Source of the DNA: Victivallales bacterium
Lineage (GTDB): Bacteria > Verrucomicrobiota > Lentisphaeria > Victivallales > UBA1829
Length of the DNA: 64,000 nucleotides
Reading direction: 5' to 3'
Assembly: GCA_045639325.1 (NCBI GenBank)
Contig: JAZUCU010000002.1
Span: 21,287-85,286, forward strand
The notes beneath the pieces were generated by a model. It saw nothing but the letters and a program-made list of their open reading frames with translations. It had not been told where the DNA came from and did no database searches. The stretch's first letter is position 1. Each line of letters starts with the position of its first letter. Shown in pieces: positions 37,392 to 47,550 of the stretch. A program made the position numbers and the translations under genes.

Positions 37392-38054
37392 TTAAACTCC
37401 TTCCGCTTCTGCGCCCCAGATGATTTTATGAAATTGTAAATTAATTCGTACATTCAGATGATCTTCCAAAATCCACTTGACCAATTCCGCACTGTCCATT
37501 GTCCCGGCGGCCGGACTGAACAACACGTGCCCTGCCCGATTTTCCAGATCGAATTCTCTCAACGCCTGTACGGAGAAATCATAGTCGCGACGATCTTCGA
37601 TGACAAATTTGACTTCATCGCAAGATCTGACATTCCGGAAATTCGATTTCAACATGGCTTGATCTTCTCCGCTTGACGGCGTTTTCATGTCAATGATCCG
37701 GATCACACCATCCGGCAAAACACTGCAATCGGCTGCGCCGTTTGTTTCCATCAGAACAGTATACCCGGCATCCAGAAGAGCCTGGGCAAGGACAACCACG
37801 TTTTTCTGCATCAAAGGTTCGCCGCCGGTAATTTCAACCAGAGGGATTACCGCATCTTTTGCCAGATCGAGCAACTGTGCAATGGTCATTTCCGAACCGG
37901 AATCAAAACTGCGAGCCTTGCGGGTATCACACCAGCGGCAGTTCAGCTGACATCCGGCGAGACGGATAAAAAAGCAGGGCTTCCCGGCATAAGAGGATTC
38001 CCCTTGAATGCTGGCAAATGTTTCATAAATGCGCAAGGTAGTCTGATTCATCAA
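37392..38054 (-). CDS. queE: 7-carboxy-7-deazaguanine synthase (radical SAM)
   Basis: SIQGES, RLAGCQLNCRWCDT, TGGEP, ETNG, QFHK. Confidence 0.94.
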   Translation of the reverse strand: MMNQTTLRIYETFASIQGESSYAGKPCFFIRLAGCQLNCRWCDTRKARSFDSGSEMTIAQLLDLAKDAVIPLVEITGGEPLMQKNVVVLAQALLDAGYTVLMETNGAADCSVLPDGVIRIIDMKTPSSGEDQAMLKSNFRNVRSCDEVKFVIEDRRDYDFSVQALREFDLENRAGHVLFSPAAGTMDSAELVKWILEDHLNVRINLQFHKIIWGAEAEGV

Positions 38055-38701
38055 TTATCCTTTCTGAAAATCATAAGCATCTGAGTCAATAAAATACACC
38101 GGATCCATTCGGAATGAAGCAAGGTCTGATTTCCGGCAGCCGATTTTACTTCGTGAGCAGTCAACGGACGTTCATCCGGAAAGTGCCAGCATCGGGACAG
38201 CTCGGCAAATTTCCGGACAGTCCAATACAACGTGGAATCCGCAGGAAAAAGAAACGCAGCAATTCCGCCCGGCTTTAATGCGGCAAAATGATTCTGTACA
38301 GCTAATGCGGTCTGTTCCGGTGAAAAATGTTCAATCAATCCGGCACTGAATACGAAATCAAAGTCTTTCTCCGGCGGAGCTTGCAATACATCATGCATCA
38401 TGCCATCAGACGGACAGGATAATTTCTGCTGTTTGAACAGTTCTACACCGGCGGCATTGGTATCGGCAACAACATAACGGTCACAAGAAAAATTTGTTGT
38501 TACGGCATGGGCAAAAGAGCTGTTGCCTCCACCGAATTCCAATATACGCAAAGGAGGTTGTTCCAATGAAAAACAGGATTGGGCTTTCAATGCACGGACA
38601 AGCCTGCCGGACGTAATCCGACGCAGACACAATGCCGTTGGGAACGGTTTACGATAATACCTGTCCCAATCTGTTTTTTCTGTATTGCTCATATTTGCCA
38701 T
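38051..38701 (-). CDS. Class I SAM-dependent methyltransferase
   Basis: ILEFGGGNS motif I, FDFVFSAGLIEHF, LKPGG. ATGA-coupled to queE. Confidence 0.8.
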   Translation of the reverse strand: MANMSNTEKTDWDRYYRKPFPTALCLRRITSGRLVRALKAQSCFSLEQPPLRILEFGGGNSSFAHAVTTNFSCDRYVVADTNAAGVELFKQQKLSCPSDGMMHDVLQAPPEKDFDFVFSAGLIEHFSPEQTALAVQNHFAALKPGGIAAFLFPADSTLYWTVRKFAELSRCWHFPDERPLTAHEVKSAAGNQTLLHSEWIRCILLTQMLMIFRKDN

Positions 38702-38887
38702 ATATAAGTTTGTTTTAATTTTTTACTAAAACAAGTAATATACAACATTTCAGCAGAAAATCAAGTATATTTCCATTCAATCCAAATATATCGTTATAAA
38801 AATATCGAAAGCTTGCTTGAAATATCTGTATTTATGCAGTATATTAACAGGATTGATTATTTTACTTCAAAAAAGAAAGAATATACT

Positions 38888-40258
38888 ATGGAAACGATTG
38901 CTAATTTTATTGCTGATTTCAACAAGTTCCTCTGGGGCCCGCCTTTACTTTTTATGTTAGTCGGGGTTCATATCTTCCTCACCTTCCGCCTGAAATTTAT
39001 TCAGCGTTATATTCCGCTGGGAATTAAACTCTCCATCAAAAACGATCATAACAGTTCCGGTATGATTTCCAACTTCGGGGCTCTTTCCATTGCACTGGCG
39101 GCAACGATCGGGACCGGTAATATTATCGGGGTTGCAACGGCTATTGTTCTCGGCGGCCCCGGTGCAGTTTTCTGGTGTTGGATATGCGGGATTTTCGGGA
39201 TTGCGACGAAGTATGGCGAAAGTTTGCTTTCTCTGAAATATCGCGTACAATCTCCCGATGGTCAATTCCATGGCGGTCCTATGTATGCCATCGAAAAAGG
39301 AATGAAGAATAAATGGCTGGCAGTTCTGTTTGCCATATTCACAGTCGGCGCAAGTTTCGGTGTGGGGAATCTGGCACAGAGTAATGCGGTTTCCACATTT
39401 ACATACGAAGCATTCGGCGTCCCGCAGTGGGTGACCGGTATCGGTGAAACCTTGTTCATTGCACTGGCAGTATTCGGCGGACTCAAGGTGATTTCCCGTA
39501 TCTGTTCCGCTCTGGTTCCGGTTATGGCGGTCTTCTATGTGATCAGCTGTTTCGTTATTCTTTTTATCTGCCGGGATATGATTCTGCCTGCGATTCAGTT
39601 GATCGTGACGGAAGCATTCAGTCTGCGTTCCGTTACCGGCGGTTTCACAGGAACCGTTATCATGCTTGCCATGCGTTACGGGATTGCCCGCGGCTTGTTC
39701 TCCAATGAATCCGGGCTGGGGTCTGCTCCTATTATTGCAGCGGCAGCGCAGACACGGAATCCTGTTCGTCAGGCATTGATTTCCTCCACAGGAACTTTCT
39801 GGGATACCGTATGCATTTGTGCCATTACCGGTATCACCATTGTTTCCGCCATGCTTTTTACCTACGGTAATTGCGGGGGTGTTGATTTCAGCAAATTCCA
39901 GGCACAGGAATTGACCAAGACAGCATTCAATGTTCTCCCGTTCTCCGGATTATCCATTTTGACGATTGCCCTTGCGATTTTTGCCTGCACTACGGTTCTC
40001 GGCTGGTTCTGTTACGGCGAACAGGCGATTCATTATCTTGGCGGAAAGAAAGCACTTTTTGTATACCGTTTGATTTTTATTGCAGCGGTCTATTTCGGTG
40101 CCGTCACAAAACTGGAAATTGTATGGAACTTCTCCGATATTGCCAACGGATTGATGGCAATTCCTAATATTATCTCCCTCTTTGTATTGCATAAAGTCAT
40201 TGCCGCAGAAACAAAACGTTATCTGCACGATGGCAAAATTGACGATTACGCAGACTAA
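38888..40258 (+). CDS. Alanine/glycine:cation symporter (AGCS family)
   Basis: ALAATIGTGNIIGVA, GGPGAVFW, GGPMY, GLFSNESGLGSAP, GLMAIPN. Confidence 0.93.
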   Translation: METIANFIADFNKFLWGPPLLFMLVGVHIFLTFRLKFIQRYIPLGIKLSIKNDHNSSGMISNFGALSIALAATIGTGNIIGVATAIVLGGPGAVFWCWICGIFGIATKYGESLLSLKYRVQSPDGQFHGGPMYAIEKGMKNKWLAVLFAIFTVGASFGVGNLAQSNAVSTFTYEAFGVPQWVTGIGETLFIALAVFGGLKVISRICSALVPVMAVFYVISCFVILFICRDMILPAIQLIVTEAFSLRSVTGGFTGTVIMLAMRYGIARGLFSNESGLGSAPIIAAAAQTRNPVRQALISSTGTFWDTVCICAITGITIVSAMLFTYGNCGGVDFSKFQAQELTKTAFNVLPFSGLSILTIALAIFACTTVLGWFCYGEQAIHYLGGKKALFVYRLIFIAAVYFGAVTKLEIVWNFSDIANGLMAIPNIISLFVLHKVIAAETKRYLHDGKIDDYAD

Positions 40259-40296
40259 AAAAAAGCCGGAAGCTTTTTGAGGGCTTCCGGCTCTTC
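40257..40296. terminator. Bidirectional intrinsic terminator
   Basis: gccggaagc...gcttccggc flanked by an A run and ctcttc, between convergent genes. Confidence 0.65.
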
Positions 40297-40322
40297 TGAA
40301 ATCTTCTTGATACCGTATCCGA

Positions 40323-41501
40323 TTAGAAATTATCCAAATCGGTGTGGAGTTTATCCATCTTCGTGCTGAACGGCACTGCGCCGTTTTCAGTGATTTCATA
40401 ACCTGTTTCAATACGGACACCGTTAAATTCCGGATGACCGAAGAAGCTGACGTCAACGCAAACAGTCATGCCGGGAACCAGCACGTCAACACTGTTGGGC
40501 CCGAAGAAGGGAGCTTCTGCTTCATTCAAACCGATGGTGTGAACGAAGGGGCAGACCAGATATTTTTCAAAACCGTGTTTCTTGAAGTATGCACGTGCGG
40601 GAGCATCAATTTCCTTACCGGAAAGACCGACTTTGAGCATGTCCTTTGTCAGGCAGAATGCTTCACGCAGATATTTCATGCATTCGATCTGTTTTGCAGA
40701 ATATTTACCATTGACAGGGAGTGCATCGCCCATCACACCGGTGCAGCCCTGGACTTTCGGAGAAAGACCGATCATCACAAGTTCGCCATCCTGCATGACT
40801 TTTGTAGTAGCGGTGGGAACGACGGCATTACCGCGGATACCGCTGCCGACGATAGCTGTGAAACCGAAACCGGTAGCACCACGGCTGCGTGCTGCATATT
40901 CACCGGCTGCAGCAACCTGAATTTCTGTGTTGCCGACCTGGATCATTTCTTTCATTGCATCGTAGCTGAGGTCAGCCAGTTTGAATGCCGCGCGCATCTG
41001 TTCAATTTCCCAGGTGGATTTGATGTGGCGCAGACGCAGGTAATCATCGGTAATATCAACGATTTCAACGCCCTGGAAACCGGCTTCGATCTGCATACGG
41101 CAACCGTAAGGCATCTGATCAGCACCGACAATACCGATACGTTTGACAGTACCGATTGTCTGATTCAATTCAGCAAACAGTTTCGGGAAGTCGATAATAG
41201 TAGCAGCAGGATATTCTTCGTCCGGAACCATGAAGACGGGGAAGTTTCTTGTTTCTTTGACGGCGCTGTCCTGTTTTGCGAACGGTTCACTTTCGGGACC
41301 GCCGAGCAGCAGAGGTGTGCCATTGCGGGGAACGAGAACAGCACCGCTTTCGAACTGGGGACACCATCCGGTGAGGTACCAGCCATTGGCGATATTGAGT
41401 TCATCATAATAAACAAGAGCGAGATCCAGATTTTTTGCTTCGAGGATCTTGCGGACGTTTGCCATACGGGCATCACATTCACTTTGGATCAAGTAACCCA
41501 T
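40323..41501 (-). CDS. M24 family (Xaa-Pro) aminopeptidase
   Basis: Creatinase-like N-domain, RHIKSTWEI, HTIGL, GVRIETGY. Confidence 0.85.
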   Translation of the reverse strand: MGYLIQSECDARMANVRKILEAKNLDLALVYYDELNIANGWYLTGWCPQFESGAVLVPRNGTPLLLGGPESEPFAKQDSAVKETRNFPVFMVPDEEYPAATIIDFPKLFAELNQTIGTVKRIGIVGADQMPYGCRMQIEAGFQGVEIVDITDDYLRLRHIKSTWEIEQMRAAFKLADLSYDAMKEMIQVGNTEIQVAAAGEYAARSRGATGFGFTAIVGSGIRGNAVVPTATTKVMQDGELVMIGLSPKVQGCTGVMGDALPVNGKYSAKQIECMKYLREAFCLTKDMLKVGLSGKEIDAPARAYFKKHGFEKYLVCPFVHTIGLNEAEAPFFGPNSVDVLVPGMTVCVDVSFFGHPEFNGVRIETGYEITENGAVPFSTKMDKLHTDLDNF

Positions 41502-41605
41502 TAGTTTTTCTCCTTTATGTTAAATTTAACAGGTCGATATCGTAAAATATAACACTGCAATATTAAATTGCAAATGGTATTTCAGAGTTTTTTGTGTTTT
41601 TTCTG

Positions 41606-42430
41606 TCAGATCTCAACCACCATGCCATCATAGGCAGGCGTGATCTTGTGGGGAAGGAAAAAGGATTCCAATCGATCCTGACGGGGATCGCCGTGATGAG
41701 AGAAGTGATTGACAATACATACCGTCTGTTCATCAATCACGCCAAGCTCCAATAACTTATCCCGGAAACGCAGCGTGGCATTGGCACCGAGATGATGTGC
41801 ATCAAAGTCCGGACGCCCGAATGCGGTTGTGGATTCCAGAATAAGCATATCGGCTTTTTTACCGTAATCGGCAGCCATTTTCCAGGATTCTTCGGACCAC
41901 CAGCCGGAATCGTTCTGAATCAGGAGCGTTTTGCCGTTACGGGTAAGGAAATAATTCAAAGGTGTGGTTTCAACAGGGTGCGCCGCACGTAAAGCAAAAA
42001 TCGTCAGGTCATCATCCTGAACAGTTTCGCCCGGAGAAATGTGGACGGCATTCAAAAACATTTCTTCAAAGGTACACCCTGTTTCGTTGTGGATTCGTTC
42101 CAGCGGTGCAGTATCACCAATGATCGTCAATGGCGTATGAACCACGCTGTACCGCTTCTGACGGATCAGGAAGGGATAAACATCCAGATGATCTTTATGG
42201 GCATGTGTAAACAATACCCGTTTCAGTTTCAAAGTCTGAATCTGGAATTCATCGCGCTGACGTGCAAAGTCCGGACCGCAGTCAATCAGGGTATCGTCAT
42301 CCAGCAGATAGGATGTCCTTCTGCGGAGATTTCTGCCTTTATTTGTACGTGCTTCGATACAAATGGGACATTCACAGAAATATCCCGGCACACCTTCTGC
42401 CGCTGCGGATCCGAGAATTTGCAGTTTCAT
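41606..42430 (-). CDS. MBL-fold metallohydrolase (PhnP-like)
   Basis: LGSAAAEGVP..C.C..C, LIDCGPD, THAHKDH, NHFSH. Confidence 0.85.
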   Translation of the reverse strand: MKLQILGSAAAEGVPGYFCECPICIEARTNKGRNLRRRTSYLLDDDTLIDCGPDFARQRDEFQIQTLKLKRVLFTHAHKDHLDVYPFLIRQKRYSVVHTPLTIIGDTAPLERIHNETGCTFEEMFLNAVHISPGETVQDDDLTIFALRAAHPVETTPLNYFLTRNGKTLLIQNDSGWWSEESWKMAADYGKKADMLILESTTAFGRPDFDAHHLGANATLRFRDKLLELGVIDEQTVCIVNHFSHHGDPRQDRLESFFLPHKITPAYDGMVVEI

Positions 42431-42437
42431 GATAACA

Positions 42438-43313
42438 TCAACCTTTAATGATCTGTGTGCCTACGCCGGATGTCGTAAAAATTTCCAGCAGCAGGGAATG
42501 GGGCTGACGTCCATCGACCATGTGGACCTGGGAGACACCGCTTTCCAGAGAGCCGACGCAGCTCTGAATTTTGGGGAGCATACCACCGGAAAGAACACCA
42601 TCCGCAATAAGGTTGGCAACTTCAGAGGTATGAATGACGCTGATGAGAGAACTTTCATCCTGCGGGTCACGCATGATACCCGGAACATCGCTGAGGAATA
42701 CCAGTTTTTTCGCATTGAGTGCTTTTGCAATTTCACATGCTGCGGTATCTGCATTGATGTTGTAGGTCTGACCGTGGAAGTCAGTTGCAAGCGGAGTGAT
42801 AACCGGGATCACATTGAAACGCAAAGCATCATGAATAGCAGCAACGTCAACAGAAACCACTTCGCCGACATAACCGATATCCAGCTGTTCGCCGGTTTCT
42901 TTATCATTGGTATAAAGTTTCTTTGCACGGAGCAATTTTTTACCGGAAATGGATGCACCTTTACCGCCGGCACGCAAGATACCGTCAACAAGCTGAACGT
43001 TGGTCACATTGTGCAGAACATCATCCACAACATCAATGGTCTTGTCATCGGTTACGCGCAAGCCGTTGATGAACTTCGGTTCAATCTGCATTTCGCGGAG
43101 ACGTGCAGAGATGGCTTTGCCGCCGCCGTGTACAACAACCGGCTTCATACCGATAGCTTCCAACAGAACAATGTCACGCATTGTTTTGTGGGTCAACAGC
43201 GGATCTTCCATAGCGGAACCGCCGAATTTGATTACGGCAATTGCACCGTGGAATTGCTGAATGTAGGGAAGTGCTTCAATAAGAACTTCCGTTTTCTTTA
43301 CAAGATCTTTCAT
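42438..43313 (-). CDS. argB: Acetylglutamate kinase
   Basis: IKFGGSAM, VHGGG, GLRVTD, NINADTAA, GGMLPK. Confidence 0.96.
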   Translation of the reverse strand: MKDLVKKTEVLIEALPYIQQFHGAIAVIKFGGSAMEDPLLTHKTMRDIVLLEAIGMKPVVVHGGGKAISARLREMQIEPKFINGLRVTDDKTIDVVDDVLHNVTNVQLVDGILRAGGKGASISGKKLLRAKKLYTNDKETGEQLDIGYVGEVVSVDVAAIHDALRFNVIPVITPLATDFHGQTYNINADTAACEIAKALNAKKLVFLSDVPGIMRDPQDESSLISVIHTSEVANLIADGVLSGGMLPKIQSCVGSLESGVSQVHMVDGRQPHSLLLEIFTTSGVGTQIIKG

Positions 43314-43334
43314 TCTTTCTTTATCCTTCTATAA

Positions 43335-44579
43335 TCAAGTATGATAATCTGCATTGATGGTCACATATTCATGACTGATGTCAGAGGTCCAGACCGTGTG
43401 TTCTGCATCCCCTGCCCCGAGGTTCAGATGAATGGTGAATTCACGGCGTTTCATCACTTCGCAAAGGGTGCTTTCCGGAGTTCCGGCATCCATACCGCCG
43501 CGTACGACTGCCATTTCATCATAATCCATATTTACCATATCGGGGTTGAACTGTGCTCCGGAATAACCGGCAGCGGCAAGAACACGTCCCCAGTTGGGGT
43601 CACATCCGAACCAGGCTGTTTTGCAAAGCATGGAATCCGCAATAGCACGGGCGCAAAGACGGGCATCATGATCGTTTGCCGCACCTTTGACTTCGACCGC
43701 GACGAATTTTGTGACACCTTCGCCATCCATCACCATGGCACGGGCAAGTGCGGCGGTGACAGCATTCAAGGCATTCTGGAACAAATCACCTTCCGGTGTG
43801 CCGGCTTTAATAGTGACTCCGCTGGCGCCGTTGGCAAGAACTACACAGGTATCGTTTGTGCTCATATCATTATCAACCGTAATGCGATTGAAAGACTGAT
43901 CCACAGAACCGGTAAGGAAAGCTGTCAGATCATCAGCAGAAATATCGGCATCGGTTGTAACGAAACACAGCATGGTTGCGTGGGGACGGCATATGATCAT
44001 GCCGGGAGCAATCATACCGGCACCTTTTGTCATGCCGCCGACGGTGATAGTTTTACCATTGAGTTCGAATTTTACGGCAACGGATTTCGGCTGTGTATCA
44101 GTAGTCATAATGGCTTGAGCAGCATCAAAACCGCCATTGACGGAGAGTGCATCTTTCGCCATGCGGATACCGCGTGCAAGAATATCCATGGGCAGCTGAA
44201 CGCCGATACGACCGGTGGAAGCGGTAAGGATATTATTTTCATTCAGGCCGAGAACAGCAGCTGCATCCTGTGCAGATTTGCAGGAATTTTCGTATCCTTC
44301 TTTTCCGGTACAGGCATTGGCAACACCGCTGTTGACGATAACTGCACGGATTTTTGCGCGTTCTTCAATACGTTTACGGCAGAGCTGAACGGGAGCCGCC
44401 GGAAAAAGGTTACTGGTAAAAGTTCCTGCAGCGTTGCAGTCTGATTGAGAGAACAACATTGCAAAGTCGCTTTTTTTACTTTTCTTGAAACCGGCGACAA
44501 CACCAGCCGCAAGAAAACCTGCGGGAGAAGTCACACTTCCGTTTTCAATGAACTCGATTTGAGTTGTGCCATTTTTCAT
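43335..44579 (-). CDS. argJ: Bifunctional ornithine acetyltransferase
   Basis: NSGVANACTG, IMTTDT, KGAGMI, ATML, DMSTNDT, DPNWGR. Confidence 0.96.
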   Translation of the reverse strand: MKNGTTQIEFIENGSVTSPAGFLAAGVVAGFKKSKKSDFAMLFSQSDCNAAGTFTSNLFPAAPVQLCRKRIEERAKIRAVIVNSGVANACTGKEGYENSCKSAQDAAAVLGLNENNILTASTGRIGVQLPMDILARGIRMAKDALSVNGGFDAAQAIMTTDTQPKSVAVKFELNGKTITVGGMTKGAGMIAPGMIICRPHATMLCFVTTDADISADDLTAFLTGSVDQSFNRITVDNDMSTNDTCVVLANGASGVTIKAGTPEGDLFQNALNAVTAALARAMVMDGEGVTKFVAVEVKGAANDHDARLCARAIADSMLCKTAWFGCDPNWGRVLAAAGYSGAQFNPDMVNMDYDEMAVVRGGMDAGTPESTLCEVMKRREFTIHLNLGAGDAEHTVWTSDISHEYVTINADYHT

Positions 44580-44634
44580 AATACACGTCCTTCATTGTTG
44601 AAAAAAGAATCATCTATATATTATAGCACAACTT

Positions 44635-45087
44635 TTATTTATTTCCACCCTCGGAAGCAGTAATTGTTAAAGAAATTCCACCTCTGGGGCGAAAAACACC
44701 TTTTACTTCCATCCAACGGGGCTTGCAGGCAGCAACAAGATCCGTAAGAATGCGGTTGACCGCTTCTTCATGGAACGTGTTGCAGGAACGGAAAGAGAAC
44801 AGATAAAGTTTCAATGCTTTACTTTCCACACACAGCTTGTCTGCAATGTAACGGATGGTGATGTGCCCGAAGTCCGGCTGACCGGTCACAGGGCAGAGGC
44901 TGGTAAATTCCGGGCAATCGAATTCAATGATGTAATCCCGTTTGGGGAACTGGTTGTCAAAGGTTTCAATGATGGCATCATCAGGGTTGGTGGGATACTC
45001 GGTATGATTGCGATTCAAGAGGGTAAGACGGCTGTGTCTGGAATCGGGCATTGCTTTTTTTGTTTCCGTTTTTGTTGTTTTTTTCAT
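44635..45087 (-). CDS. queF: preQ1 synthase (type I QueF)
   Basis: EFTSLCPVTGQPDF, ESKALKLYL, FHEE, RGGI. Confidence 0.95.
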   Translation of the reverse strand: MKKTTKTETKKAMPDSRHSRLTLLNRNHTEYPTNPDDAIIETFDNQFPKRDYIIEFDCPEFTSLCPVTGQPDFGHITIRYIADKLCVESKALKLYLFSFRSCNTFHEEAVNRILTDLVAACKPRWMEVKGVFRPRGGISLTITASEGGNK

Positions 45088-45284
45088 AAAAACACTCCTG
45101 ATTTATGATTTTTTTTGAAAAAAAACCGAAAAAATATAAAGTTATCGGCATTTTTTCACATTTTTGACTTGATTGAACGAAAAAATGGAATATATTACTA
45201 ATAATCTAAATTTTGGAAATTTCCATTCCGAAATTGAATTTTTTGCAATTTTTTTCATTTTTTTTAACAACTGAAGGAGAAGAC

Positions 45285-45755
45285 ATGAAAATCTGGAAGA
45301 AAATTTTTATTGCCGCCGCAATTTTGACCGCCATCGGAGCAGCTGATTTGTCTGCTATGCCTACAGGTAGCGGAGTGAATTTGAATCTTTCCCCTGAACA
45401 GCCGGAAGGATATGAAAACCTTTGGAACCGTATGACCAGAAAACTCGGTCGCGGTATCGTCAACGTCGGTTTCGGCGCTTTGGAACTCCCTATCCGTATT
45501 TTTGAAGTCAACTTCAACGAAGGCGGTCTCGCTGCATGTACGTTCGGCGTATTGTCCGGTGTCGGTTACGTCGTTGTCCGCGAAGTTGTCGGCGTTGTGG
45601 AAATTCTGACATTCCCCTTCCCGCTCCCCGGCTGCCCCAATGACCCGCAGGGTTATGGCGCAGGTTACGGCCCCATCCTCACTCCGGAATGGGTTGTAAC
45701 TCCGGAAACAAACTACTTCAATATTTTCTACTCCAGAGGAGCATTTGTTGACTGA
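45285..45755 (+). CDS. Exported protein resembling the TIGR04073 exosortase-associated family
   Basis: Signal peptide and RKLGRGIVNVGFGALELP. Start behind AAGGAG. Family recognised from memory of the motif. Confidence 0.6.
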   Translation: MKIWKKIFIAAAILTAIGAADLSAMPTGSGVNLNLSPEQPEGYENLWNRMTRKLGRGIVNVGFGALELPIRIFEVNFNEGGLAACTFGVLSGVGYVVVREVVGVVEILTFPFPLPGCPNDPQGYGAGYGPILTPEWVVTPETNYFNIFYSRGAFVD

Positions 45756-45757
45756 TT

Positions 45758-46621
45758 ATGACGGAAAAGAGAGTAATGAAAGAACGGCACTCTTCAACAG
45801 TCAAAGTTACTGCTGATATTCTTGAAGCAATCGGCCGTGCAACGGAATACTATGGCAATGTCTCTGCACTTGCAAAGATGATGGGGGTCGCTCACAGTAC
45901 GATCATTTTCTGGAGATCCGGTAAAACCTCCAGTATGAGCGGACGTTTGTGGGTAACCCGTATCAGACCCGTACTTGAACCTTTCTTACCTTCCTCAAAA
46001 ATCAATATCAGCGACATTAACGGTCAGTACACACCGCAATTCCCGGTGATGCCGCCTTACATGGAGGTAAAGAAAGTAGAACGCCATGAGGTCAATGTAA
46101 TGCCGGCTTCCATGCTCAAAGGTTTTGACCCGGCACTGGAATCGGCTCCTGTTTATGTCCGTTCCTGCTGTACGGAAAAGCGTACTTTCTATCACCCATG
46201 CCGTAAGTCTGCTTTTGCCTTGAAAAACGATGACCGTTTTATTGATGTTTTCCCCGAAAACTGTTATCTTCTTGCCTACCCCGACGGTTTGCAGAATGGA
46301 TGTCAGGTCCTCTGCAGACTTCAGGGCAGCAATGAAATCCTCGCAAGAAAATATACAAAAGATGGCTCCATTGTCACGCTTTCCGTTCTTCCCGGGGGTT
46401 CCGGTGAAGATATTTCCTGGGATTGCACAAAAGAAATCGGACGCCTTGCATGGTGTTTCCCGCTCGTTGAACTCAATCTCGACTTGCTCCCCAAGCGTAA
46501 CGTAAGTGCGTTTGAGGTCGATGAAGATTTTGATGACGATGATACGGATTCCGATAACGATAATGATTCAACTTCCGGCAAGAAACGGCGCGGAAAAAGG
46601 CGGAAAAATGTCACCGCTTAA
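45758..46621 (+). CDS. Cro/CI-like HTH regulator with a degenerate S24-like C-domain
   Basis: VSALAKMMGVAHSTIIFWRSG HTH, FAL...LARKY C-domain, acidic then basic tail. Confidence 0.6.
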   Translation: MTEKRVMKERHSSTVKVTADILEAIGRATEYYGNVSALAKMMGVAHSTIIFWRSGKTSSMSGRLWVTRIRPVLEPFLPSSKINISDINGQYTPQFPVMPPYMEVKKVERHEVNVMPASMLKGFDPALESAPVYVRSCCTEKRTFYHPCRKSAFALKNDDRFIDVFPENCYLLAYPDGLQNGCQVLCRLQGSNEILARKYTKDGSIVTLSVLPGGSGEDISWDCTKEIGRLAWCFPLVELNLDLLPKRNVSAFEVDEDFDDDDTDSDNDNDSTSGKKRRGKRRKNVTA

Positions 46622-46625
46622 AATC

Positions 46626-47066
46626 ATGAAAACTATGATTCTGACCGCTGGAGTTATTCCGGCGGTTTTTCTTTCTGTATCCTGTCAGGCCATTGAAGAC
46701 TGGTTCGATCGTAATAAGCCGGAACCGGAAGAAAGTTTGACCGGCAATCCTCAACAGCATGAAGTCCGCACTTATACTGTTGACGAAGCGGTTGCACTGG
46801 TATGTAATCGGCTGATTATGAAATTTTCCATGCATTACAGCAAAAAGCCTTACCTTATCGTCAACGCCAACGACGCCATGGGCAAGAAGGTTGCGCAGCA
46901 ATTATATAAGTCCAATGTAGCCGATTCATGGAATGCCGGTGCGAATGAAAAATGTCAGATCCGGACGCTTGTTGATTCGACCAGTAAAGTATGGCATGTT
47001 GTTGCTGTCGATCATAAAAACCGGCAAAAACTGCTCGTTCTCTCCCTGCCTCTGAAAAAGGAATGA
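46626..47066 (+). CDS. Hypothetical lipoprotein
   Basis: Lipobox LSVSC after a hydrophobic leader. Confidence 0.6.
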   Translation: MKTMILTAGVIPAVFLSVSCQAIEDWFDRNKPEPEESLTGNPQQHEVRTYTVDEAVALVCNRLIMKFSMHYSKKPYLIVNANDAMGKKVAQQLYKSNVADSWNAGANEKCQIRTLVDSTSKVWHVVAVDHKNRQKLLVLSLPLKKE

Positions 47067-47073
47067 TTTCCCA

Positions 47074-47550
47074 ATGCCTTCCAGAAATGAATATCTTTCT
47101 GCCGATGACGCAGCATTAATGCCTCAGATCAAATGGGACTTTCATAAAGGCAGCGGGAATGGCGGTCAGAAAGTCAATAAGACCTCTTCCGCCGTACGCA
47201 TTACGCATATCCCGACCGGTATCACCGTAACAAGCCGGGATTCCCGTTCCCAATCTAGAAACCGGCAGATTGCCATTGATAAATTGCGCAAACGCATGGC
47301 ATTGGAAATGCGCTGTCCGGCAGAACCATTTGCGATCCCCGCACAAATACCATCTTTAACGGGAACGGCATACCCCCTTTTCCTTGCACTGGTACTGGAT
47401 TCTGTTTCCGTATATGGTAAGGTGGAGGGCATGACACGTTCCGCACTGGAACGTTTTTTACGCCGGGATGAAGAAGTCTGGCGTTACATTTCGGAACGGC
47501 GTGAAAAAGAATACGCGATCTATTTTAACGCAACTCGTACTCAAAATTAA
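47074..47550 (+). CDS. Short RF-1-domain peptidyl-tRNA hydrolase (ArfB/C12orf65-like)
   Basis: SGNGGQKVNKTSSAVRITHIPTG, RSQSRNR. Confidence 0.8.
   Translation: MPSRNEYLSADDAALMPQIKWDFHKGSGNGGQKVNKTSSAVRITHIPTGITVTSRDSRSQSRNRQIAIDKLRKRMALEMRCPAEPFAIPAQIPSLTGTAYPLFLALVLDSVSVYGKVEGMTRSALERFLRRDEEVWRYISERREKEYAIYFNATRTQN

Noticed and set aside
38701-38810. preQ1 riboswitch upstream of the MTase-queE-queC unit or of queF (45087-45200)
   Set aside because: No AGAGGTTCTAG...CCCTCT-type stem with an A-rich tail was seen.
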